From the NCBI GenBank assembly GCA_964016885.1, contig OZ024740.1:310868001-310932000 (forward strand): DNA of 64,000 bases. The letters run 5' to 3'. This stretch comes from Eledone cirrhosa. Lineage: Eukaryota. The notes below the pieces were generated by a model that was not told the origin of the DNA, made no database searches, and saw nothing but the letters and a program-made list of their open reading frames with translations. The position numbers and the translations under genes are program-made. Below are positions 52,106 through 64,000 of this stretch, in pieces (the first letter of the stretch is position 1; each line of letters begins with the position of its first letter).

Positions 52106-53379
52106 CTTCACATCCACCACTGACCCACCTTCCTACTTTTTGATTCACATACCTAATATCTTCACAATTCCACATTTCACTTCCCCATTTTCTTTCACTA
52201 CCTGATAACAGTTGTCACTTGCGTTTTCAACTCCAGATATATTCTGTTGTTTCGCAGCCGCTTTTATATTTGTACTCATTTATTCATACGGCTGGTTTAT
52301 AATTTGTATCTATGCGTGTGAATGTGCATGTGTGTGTATGCGTTCTGTATATGTATAGGAACGCCTCCGTATGTGTGCGTGTGTGTGTATATGTGTGTGT
52401 ATGGGTGTTTTTATATCTATGTTTTTTACATACTTATATATACGTGTGTGTGGTGTGTAGGGATGAATATATGTATGTATATATATATATATGTATATGT
52501 ATGTATGTGTGTATATGTATATATATATATATATATATAGTCGCGTACGTACGTGTGATTAGATATACATGTGCCGATATATATATGTGTGCTTCGTGTG
52601 TATTTATGCGCGCCTCTGTATGTATGTACGCATGTATGTGCTTTTGTCTGTACGTATTTATATATACATATTTATATATATATATGTGTGTATGTACGAA
52701 CCTATGTTTGTTTTCTATTTTTTCTGGTGTTAATTTATAATTGATAACCCCTCCCTCTTACTTTCTCTTTGATTTAAAACATTTTTTCATTCTCATATAT
52801 TGTTTCATTTTTATACATGTATCGAGCCTCAGACTGACACTCCTTTGACTAATACACTCCCTTCCCTGTATATCTCTCGCATATATGTGATCGCGCGTGT
52901 ATGTTTGTTTATACGCGTGCTTTCATACTTGTATGTGTATATATTTAATACCTGAATCTGGATGTATGTTAACTATATTATTTTACAATTTCTTTTTCAA
53001 CTTATATTATATACGTATTTGTGGTCACACATACACTGATATGCTTGCCCTCATATATGTACTATACACATGCATTTGTACATACACACATATGTACATT
53101 TGTGAGTGAATATACACACATTTATACACATACCCTAACTATATTTCCTTATTTTTTTATATATCTCTAGCATTACTCTAGCATTTTATATATCTCTTGC
53201 ATTACTTTTATTTATATATTATTTTTACCCGTTAAACTTTTGCCTTTCTTGAGGAGATTTTTTTAATATTTCACTATGTTTTAAATTGCCTTGTCCCATG
53301 AACGAATGAGGACGTTTTTTTGTATTCGTCTTATTCGGGAAACCTCTGGTAATGAGGTAATTATATTGTATTGTTTATT

Positions 53380-53589
53380 TGGCAGTATTCGTAGTGGGTC
53401 GGACGCCATGCTTTGACGCATAGAGTTACGGTCCTTGCCATTCTGAGTTCAAATCCCGCCCAAGTTAACTTTGCCTTTCATCCTTACGGGGTCGATAAAA
53501 TAAAGTACCAGTAATGCACTGAGTAATTGCTGGCCTTGTGCCTAACGTAGAAACAATTATATATATTATATATATAAATATATATATGT

Positions 53590-53652
<63 letters not shown>

Positions 53653-53760
53653 ATTGTTTCTACTTTTGGCACAAGGCCAGCAATAACCCAGTGTATTACT
53701 GATACTTTATGTTATCGACTCCGTAAGGATGAAAGGCAAAGTTAACCTCGGCGGGATTTG
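53380..53760. mobile_element. two Nin-like SINE copies tail-to-tail around (TG)n
   Basis: 53380-53560 (+) and 53650-53760 (-). Confidence 0.88.
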
Positions 53761-53817
53761 GTTAGCTAAATTTCTATACATATTGTATAAAGCTATGCTC
53801 GAAGTGAAATCTTATAT

Positions 53818-53895
<78 letters not shown>

Positions 53896-53899
<4 letters not shown>

Positions 53900-54408
53900 A
53901 AAGAATAGAGGTGTAATACACAAGTTATTATATATTGGTAAACGGAATAGAAAATGCTGACAAATTGTTCACAGTTGAAAAATGGTTTAATTAGGAATAA
54001 AAGAGTATTAGTAATTGTATGGGTTAGTATTCAGTTGTGGTTTTAAGTTTTTAAGTTTTTACCGGTTGCGCATTTCTAAATGCTGTTCAAAAATAATTTT
54101 GAGATAGAGTGTCCGTGTTGTTTGCTCTGATCTGATTAGTTTTGGGAATTCTACCTGTTTTTATGTTAAAAAAAAGTGGCTCCAGCGCTACTTGGTGTTT
54201 GCAAAAATTCTTGTGGTCAAAACAATTTTGATTGGTCGGTAGAGGTCATGTGAATAAAAAAATTGGTTTTGCGCCAAGATTGAGAAATGACTCTTTTACA
54301 ACAAATATGTGTGTGTGTGTGTGTGTGTGTGTGTAGTAGTAGTAGTAGTAAGGTGTTTGATGTTGTGATAATGGTTAGCAGGGATGTCTGTCAAATGGCT
54401 ATTAAGAT

Positions 54409-54479
<71 letters not shown>

Positions 54480-55583
54480 GCAGAGTAATTCGTGGTAGCA
54501 GGGATGGTCAGTAAGAATGTGTCTGTAAGCAATGGGGGGGTATTTTAGCATGTCAAAAGATATTTTTCAGCTTTTGTCTTATACGGAGAAGTGCGTGTGT
54601 GTCTGTGTGTATAAGTCTCTTTGTATGTTAATGTACGCGTGTGTATATGTGTGTGTGTGTGTGAGTGAGAATGTGTGTGTGTGGGAGGGGCCAGTATTTT
54701 TTCCCCCTGGTAAAATGGTGTACATTATTCGATTTTTTCAGTAAAATCGGTTCTCTTAATAGAACATCAAAAATCTTAACAATAAAAGGTGTGAAATGAT
54801 ATTCACTATATATATATATATACACATACATATATTCACTATATATATATATATATATACACATATATTTTTTTGTGTTGCACCATAGAGCATGTGTGTT
54901 TACGTATGTCATTGTGTTTATATGTGGGTAGAGATGTGTGCTGATGTAGGTATGTATGTTGACGTGTGTATGTTGTGGGTTCGTCTTAGGGAGAAGTGTT
55001 TAGACGGGATCCTTATTTGTTTATGAAGTAAGATTCCTTGCTGATGCGCTGGGTGTGGGTGGCATTATCTTTAAATTTGTAGAGGGGAAAGATTCTGAAG
55101 TTGGGATGATTTTGGGCGGCACAGGTATCAATGTGTTCACTCAGTGGTATTTTCCTGTATTCCCGTATTTTAATTTGGGATCTATGGACAGTCATGCGTT
55201 GGCAGAGGCTGGTTTTTGGTCTGGCCTATGTATTGTTCTCGACAGCCTGAGCAAGTTAATACATATATTAGATTTTCCGATGCACATGTGAAATTGTGTT
55301 TTACTATAAAACGTTGTCCTTCTTTGAAATAGAATTTCGAACCCTCTATTAGGTTGATGCAAATGCCACAGTTGGGTCTATCGCATTTTTTTACTGTGGG
55401 TTTCGTTATTGTGGTTGGCAGTACTTCATTAACAAATACGGACCCCGTCTAAACACTTCTCCCTAAGACGAACCCACAACATACACACGTCAACATACAT
55501 ACCTACATCAGCACACATCTCTACCCACATATAAACACAATGACATACGTAAACACACATGCTCTATGGTGCAACACAAAAAA

Positions 55584-55615
<32 letters not shown>

Positions 55616-55764
55616 GTGAATATATGTATGTGTATATATATATATAGTGAATATCATTTCACACCTTTTATTGTTAAGATTTTTTATGTTCTATTAAGAG
55701 AACCGATTTTACTGAAAAAATCGAATAATGTACACCATTTTACCAGGGGGAAAAAAATACTGGT

Positions 55765-55795
<31 letters not shown>

Positions 55796-55797
55796 TT

Positions 55798-55831
<34 letters not shown>

Positions 55832-55873
55832 CACACACACATACACACGCGTACATTAACATACAAAGAGACT

Positions 55874-55914
<41 letters not shown>

Positions 55915-56113
55915 ACTTCTCCGTATAAGACAAAAGCTGAAAAATATCTTTTGACATGCTAAAATACCCCCCATTGCTTACAGACACATTCTTACTGACC
56001 AATCCTGCTACCACGAATTACTCTGCTATACACACACACACACACTTATCTTAATAGCCATTTGACAGACATCCCTGCTAACCATTATCACAACATCGAA
56101 CACCTTACTAATA

Positions 56114-56155
<42 letters not shown>

Positions 56156-56655
56156 TTGTTGTAAAAGAGTCATTTCTCAATCTTGGCGCAAAACCAATTT
56201 TTTTATTCACATGACCTCTACCGACCAATCAAAATTGTTTTGACCACAAGAATTTTTGCAAACACCAAGTAGCGCTGGAGCCACTTTTTTTAACATAAAA
56301 ACAGTCTTGGCGCAAAACCAATTTTTTACATTCACATGACCTCTACCGACCAATCAAAATTGTTTTGACCACAAGAATTTTTGCAACACCAAAGTAGCGC
56401 TGGAGCCACTTTTTTAACATAAAAACAGGTAGAATTCCCAAAACTAATCAGATCAGAGCAAACAACACGGACACTCTATCTCAAAATTATTTTTGAAAAG
56501 CATTTAGAAATGCGCAACCGGTAAAAACTTAAAAACTTAAAACCACAACTGAATACTAACCCATACAATTACTAATACTCTTTTATTCCTAATTAAACCA
56601 TTTTTCAACTGTGAACAATTTGTCAGTATTTTCTGTTCCGTTTACCAATATATAT
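53896..56655. mobile_element. Neptune-like PLE 3' end with about 1.1-kb inverted repeats
   Basis: 53928-55028 is inverted to 55424-56655 (right arm has a duplication of about 120 bp at 56180-56424); left end in (TA)n. Confidence 0.9.
54987..55422 (-). pseudogene. PLE Cys linker and GIY-YIG endonuclease fragment
   Basis: KKCDRPNCGICINL, FTCASENLIYVLTCSGCREQYIGQT, HIDTCA, KESYFINK. Confidence 0.88.
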
Positions 56656-56755
56656 ATATATATAAACAAATATTAAAAAGGTTCATTGATTACTCATGAA
56701 TATAGTTTTACAAGAGATTCAAAGTACTCAACAAAGAAGTTTTCTGGAGTTATTA

Positions 56756-57520
<765 letters not shown>

Positions 57521-57545
57521 TATTTATATATATATATATATATAA

Positions 57546-57611
<66 letters not shown>

Positions 57612-57635
57612 TTATATATATATATATATATATAA

Positions 57636-57683
<48 letters not shown>

Positions 57684-57723
57684 TTCGTATTTCTAAAGAA
57701 ATACAGTTACACCTCTATTCTTT

Positions 57724-57843
<120 letters not shown>

Positions 57844-57979
57844 AAAGTTAAACAAGGTTCAATGAATAAATGAAAAATAAGTTTTACAATAGATTGGAAG
57901 CACTCAACAGATTTGATTTTCCAGAGTTATTAATATTAATTCAAAATATTAACAAAATAGATATTCTTGTGATCAAGTA

Positions 57980-58046
57980 TATTTTATTATACATATTTCA
58001 GAGGTACTGAGTTAAGTTCAACAGTACGTCCTCATCAGATAAAATA
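57980..58046 (-). ncRNA. type I hammerhead ribozyme motif, best-preserved copy of its family
   Basis: TATTTTAT-CTGATGA-GGAcGTACTG..CAGTACcTCT-GAAAT-ATGT-ATA-ATAAAATA; 8-bp stem I. Confidence 0.82.
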
Positions 58047-59237
58047 AGATGATGCATGACATACCCTGACATAGTAGATGGTTAAGTCATGGTAGTGAGT
58101 AATACATGACAAAACTCAATATTTATACTTTAATATTGAGAACATGAGAAAAATATATAATACATACAATAGAGAGGGTGCGTGTAATATAGCTTAAAAA
58201 ATACATGGCATCAATATAACAGTTAAACCATTTAAATTACTGAAGAAAGAGGAAAGAAAGGAAAACATAGAGGAAGACGTAGCTGATGGGATAATATAGC
58301 TAGTAGGTGCCTCGAAAGACAAATGAGAGATGATTAAAGAGAGAGAGAGACAAATGGGAATAATTTATGTTCAAGTTTATAGAGAATTATCCATATATAC
58401 AATATATATCTAAACTTATTTGGTTGACCGTTAATATTCAAAATATTTAATTTAAGTTAGTTCAGACTAATGAATAATATTTTAGGTTTTAAAAGTTAAT
58501 AGGTATCTGTAATTATAATATAGTATACTATCAAGTTTAATTTCTAAAATTCAAATTTTATTAAATCAAATTTAAAGGATTTACGAACACGAGAAAGAAA
58601 ATATATAATGTTTTATAACCCCACGAAGGTAAACTTTACCAAAATTATTTATAATATTGACAACAGTTTATATAATATTATTTATAAAATAATTATAGTT
58701 ATAATTATTAAAGAATTTATGATTAACAATTTGAGTGCCTAAAGGATCAACAGGCCTAATAATTAAACTTAAAGAAGTCTGAATGTTAAATTATATATAT
58801 GTGTTAATCAAAACATATACAAGGATTATATTGTCTAAAGACTTAAGGTGATACCTTTCAAATACATAACATAATACAATAATACAATATAGTAAATAAG
58901 TTACTGAAAATATTGTTAAAAAATATTGTTAAAAATTAATGTTTTATATCAATTATTGTAAAAGGATCACTTAATTGATATATACTATAAATATATAAGT
59001 CAAAACTATATGAGTCCTAAGGATAAGGGCTAGATACAAAATAAATATAAAAATAAAAAGTGAAAAATAATGAATTGTTTGCGAAACTTAAAAATGCCCA
59101 ATATTAAAAATATAGTTTAAAATGTAATAGGGTTTTAATATATAGTAGACAATGTCAGTGAATGTGAAAAACCAGTTGATGGATGTGAATCCGAAATATA
59201 TAGAAATTAAATCTCTCCCCAGGTAACTCTATCTCGT

Positions 59238-59622
59238 GTTTTTATTTTTATTTTTATTTTTATTTTTATTTTTATTATTTTTATTTTTATTTTTATTTTT
59301 ATTTTTATTTTTATTTTTATTTTTATTTTTATTTTTATTTTTATTTTTATTTTTATTTTTATTTTTATTTTTATTTTTATTATTTTTATTTTTATTTTTA
59401 TTTTTATTTTTATTTTTATTTTTATTTTTATTTTTATTTTTATTTTTATTTTTATTTTTATTTTTATTTTTATTTTTATTTTTATTTTTATTTTTATTTT
59501 TATTTTTATTTTTATTTTTATTTTTATTTTTATTTTTATTTTTATTTTTATTTTTATTTTTATTTTTATTTTTATTTTTATTTTTATTTTTATTTTTATT
59601 TTTATTTTTATTTTTATTTTTA
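59238..59622. repeat. (TTTTTA)n hexamer repeat
   Basis: directly visible. Confidence 0.98.
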
Positions 59623-59785
59623 TCCTTTACGCTCTTTCCTACATTCTTTTACACGCTACAGTCTTCTACACGCCACGCATCTTAACGTACACCCACTTAC
59701 ATCTCTCTCTCCACCACTGGATCTTGTTACCCGGAGATTTACCCATCTGCATCGTCGCGGCTTCCAAACGACTTAAAGAAATCTA

Positions 59786-59822
<37 letters not shown>

Positions 59823-60887
59823 TACAGTACAATTAGGTGCTCAGAAGTTTTTCAATATGATTTGTCTCATTATCTTATCTTTGCTTTTTGTCATATATAA
59901 CCTATTATACCTGTAGGGTATAGCTTTCGATTCAGTCAACGTACATTTCTCCTATATATATCATACATGTGCAATCAAGAAAAAACAGTAGATGATTATC
60001 TGAATGATATTTTACGTTTTCTATTTTGTTTGAGTTGTCTTTTTCTCAGAGCATTTCTTTTGAAATATATATTTCGTTAGTTATATAGATAATCCACATT
60101 ATTTATGATTTAAATAAGTTGTGTCATTCGTACGAATTTTTCTTATATCTCTACATTTCATTTCATATTGAATAAACCCTTTAGTTGTTATTACGCATGA
60201 TTATGAAATGTTTGTCTTGACCATCTGAATTTTAACATTTATTTGGTATTTACTTGTTTAATATTACATTTTTGTTGTTTGAGTCATTTTCGTGGATAAG
60301 TGCTTTTTTCAAATATGCTGATTTTTACTTTGATTCGGTGATTTTTACTTCTGAGAGTTATTTTTATGTATTTGCAATACATCTCATCTTTATCTTCTAC
60401 TTGTATGGATTAAGCATTGCGATATCCGCTTTTATGTATTGGAATATCGGCGTCAATTTATATGATGTTTGACATATGTGCTGGGTAGAAGTATTGATTT
60501 TACTACCTCAATGTATTCATGTTCATAATACATACATGAATATATGAATATACATACCCATGTGTGTTTATATATATATATATATATATATATGCATCTG
60601 TGTATATGTATGTATACATATGTATGTGTGTATGTATATATGGCAGAAATTGATGTTTTTAATGTCTTTGTATGCATCATCATAAAAGTTACGGAAAGGA
60701 ATGAATCTGAATGGAGGTATGAAATGATATTTTATATTCATATGTACTTATTCTTATTTCCATAACGTTTTACGAAACGGGATTTTCAAATTCACAAATA
60801 TTTGCACATATTTCCAGCTTCCGTCTATACAATTACCATAGATCTTTAATTTTGGTGCTTTTCTTTCCCCTTTTCTCCCTCTCTCTC

Positions 60888-60947
<60 letters not shown>

Positions 60948-61063
60948 TCTCTCTCTCTATGTATGTATATATATATATACACACACATAGAGACACACAC
61001 ACACACACACAGCTTCTTGCTACAATAATTTCTATACTTTTCATTTAATATATATATATATAT

Positions 61064-63824
61064 TAGAGTGTGCCATAAAAAGCAAGGTCACAATACTAAC
61101 GCATCCATTATAAATGCCCCAATTGGTAAAATAAAATATATTTTGTATAAAATAAATTATTTGGAGCCTTGCCTATATCATGATGATTATAGTGGAAAGT
61201 GTGATTATGTTGCATGAAATTATGAAAATGTGAAACCAAATATGACCATACAATAATTGTTTATTTTATTAATCCAATATATTTAGTAAACCAGCTTTGA
61301 ATATAAAGGCATACAAGGAAGAAACAAGTTCAGTTAAGTTAACTCCAGTCATATTTTTTTCAGAGTTTTTTTTTTTTTTTGAAATCCGGGACCTTGTGAC
61401 GATGAGCTTCGACTACTTGAAGAACACACTGCTTTTCCTCCTCATTTTTGGTGATGGCAACAAAATCAGTTATCAACTTGACTGCTCTCTCCGCCAAATC
61501 GTTGACTACCTTGATATTGTGAACAACAGCACAGGCATTTTGATATGACGCTTGTGATGACCAAGTTGCAGGTGACAGCTCAAGCCAAGTATCGTCGAGA
61601 CCAAGGAGATCGAAGCCTTGATTTCTTCCCAACTAGATGAGGCAGCTTCGTGGACGACTTCAACTCGGGAAATGCTGGAGCACCACGGTCGAGAGGCCCA
61701 GACGTTTTCGTTTTGACAAGATGTTGGGCTATTTGTTTCTTCTCGGACTCTTGGACCCGACTTGAAAACAGCGCTAGCGGAATGGCTTCCTCCGTCAGGT
61801 ACCAATAATGCCTGCTTAGAGCACTAGTGGCTGCCTGCGAGAGATCTCTGTCAACCTTACTGTACTGTGTCAACTCCACGTAGAATTGAAGGACATTGGA
61901 TGGTGCATCAGCACACTTGACTGCTGTCAGCCAATATCGCACGTAGAACAGAGCATTGAACATACAGATCCGGCGCAACTTTTAGCTTGATCGTAATTGA
62001 GTCGCGCACCAAATGCATACATCTTTGCACTATAGATGATTGTGGACATCCACCAAGCGTTATGATGTGCATCAGGCAGCATCCAATGAATTCCACGAGG
62101 AGGGGTGACACCAAGCAAGATCAACATCAACTCGGCACATTCTCGGTAGTCGTCCCGTGGAAGAGAACTCATTTTCCCATCGTCGGATGTCAGCAAATCT
62201 TGGAGGAACTTGATGTTCTCAGAACACAGACGCTTGAGTCTCCGGTCGACAATGTTCAATGTTTTAAAGTTGGTCTTGTCCGTGAGTGACACCCAATCTT
62301 TTTTTAACTCCTTGAACTCTGGGATGACTGTACTGGACATTGCTCCGAATAGTTGTTGCCACACTTCACACAAGATACGCTTGCCGACAAGCAAAATAAA
62401 ACACCTTTTTGTTGAGCATCTCTTCTAGTTTCACGCAGGCACCATTTTTCCATCCAGAATTCGAAGCAGTTGTGTCGAAGACCAAACCCACCACAGACCC
62501 ATCAACATTACAATCTTTAACAAGAATCAAATGATGCTTTGGCTTGGATGGTTCCAGTGCCATTAGGAATTATGGGAACACCGAGGAGTTTACCTTCTCT
62601 GAAGTCCGGAGTTCCAGCAACTAGCACGCCTAGCCTCTCGTGGTCACCAGGAATTATTTTGCCATCCCAATGTAAGGTAACAAAGTCTGGTACAGCAAAT
62701 TGTTCCTTTATGTGTTCAGCCCCCACAGTTCTGATCTTCTTAGCTGCACGTCTGCTACTATTCTTGGAGAGAGTTATAACGTCTATGTCAGTCCCACCCT
62801 CAGAAATAATCGATGCCATAAATGCTGTTCTCTGGCCCAGTGTCAGGTTTAAACGATCAGCCATTAGAGAATTTTTTGGACTTTGAAGTGGATTCTTTGG
62901 GAGTTCCAGCTGGATTTTTCGCTTCTTGTCTGACTTTGAGCTGTCTCTGGGTGGGTTTGAGGCCTGAAATTCAGGATCCTGTTCATCTTCAGTTTCATCA
63001 TTGGTTGAACTTGAATCACTCAGTTCATTACGTGGAAGTTGTGCTGCTACAGATCCTGACAAACGCTTTCTATGGTCCTCTGACTCTCGACCAGCCACAG
63101 AAACCTGATCACACTTAAACTTTGAAGATACCTTTTTCTGATAACCCTTGTCTTCAGCACACAGAGATACTTTTTTCTGGCAACGCAGGGCTTCGAGAAA
63201 TGTAGCATCTTCCATTTTCTGTTCATTATTACGAAGACGGTCTTTCAAAATTTTCTTTTCAGCATCAGTATGTGCAATGTAGAAATACGAATCCAATTCA
63301 AAAATAATAAGTGCTTCCTTTTCTCTGTTTGACTTAGAACCTTTGGGGTTTTTTTGTAAATTTCTGTATTCACTGTACATGTTCATAATTTTCAGTTTCA
63401 CTTTGTCTTTTCGTTGAGTCGCCACACCAGCTTTTTCCCACTGACTAACTACTTCCATCACAAGCCTATCCGCAATAGCACCATTGAAGCTCACATGCTT
63501 TTCGTGTTTTATAGGACTATCTTTCAGGTAGAAGAAATATCTTAGAACATCCCCCTTTGTTGGTATTTTGTTTGGTGAAAAGGATGTAACATATTGCCCC
63601 AGGAGCCATATTTCTCGATCATCATAACGGAGCGACGAACTACAACTAGGCCGACTGGTTTCCGCCATTATCCTGCCAATTTGCAACTATTAGTCAAGGC
63701 TTAAATTGTCTGAAATAATCAAAATTACAATATAAATTGATAATATACAAAATGGCATGATAAAATTCATAGGGGGCTAAGAAAAAACACTTTTGTATAA
63801 AATGTGGGATTCTGGAACACCCTA
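61064..63824 (-). mobile_element. full-length hATm-like DNA transposon inserted in (TA)n
   Basis: imperfect TIRs TAGAGTGTGCCA / TGGAACACCCTA; ATATATAT on both sides; transposase inside. Confidence 0.8.
61360..63668 (-). pseudogene. hATm-like transposase with several frameshifts
   Basis: LHWDGK, LLGVP..GTG, FDTTASNSG..GAC..LE, FACR, HHNAWWM, RHYWYLTEE, VVNDLAERAVKL in five consecutive ORFs. Confidence 0.85.
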
Positions 63825-63927
63825 ATATATATATATACATGTATATAAAGATATATATATATATGTCTGTGTGTGTGTGTGTGTGTTCATTAACATATAC
63901 GTACCCCACGTCCGATATATATATATA

Positions 63928-63972
<45 letters not shown>

Positions 63973-64000
63973 TGATTTAGTCAATTACAGTTGCACATGC

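Larger units (their letters stand above)
50130..53380. mobile_element. Naiad-like PLE relic with inverted terminal repeats
   Basis: 50195-50545 is inverted to 52520-52760 plus 53267-53380; RT remnant lies between. Confidence 0.8.

Noticed and set aside
51758-52175. Poly-LF / poly-KI ORFs (also 59236-59685)
   Set aside because: Translations of (TTTTTA)n
53380-53460. tRNA gene
   Set aside because: A and B boxes belong to the SINE head; no complete cloverleaf

Overview
AT-rich, microsatellite-dense eukaryotic DNA with no host gene that I can support. The SINE types and repeat landscape resemble an octopod cephalopod genome (inference from memory, not a search). The window is mostly mobile-element debris: five R4/Dong-clade retrotransposon pieces inserted in (CATA)n, RTE fragments and RTE-derived short elements, tRNA-derived SINEs (a tandem array and fold-back pairs), a hAT MITE, a decayed hATm-like transposon, and Penelope-like elements (PLEs) of at least three types (Neptune-like, Naiad-like, probably Nematis-like). 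The main signal missed by the ORF track is a dense set of type I hammerhead ribozyme (HHR) motifs: about 11 with a canonical core and several variant or degenerate ones. They sit in short microsatellite-flanked elements that often form fold-back inverted repeats. One locus (40541-41000) holds an exact circularly permuted 282-nt monomer plus an antisense copy starting at the predicted cleavage site, as expected for a retrozyme or circular RNA. All structures were assigned by eye and no activity is demonstrated.
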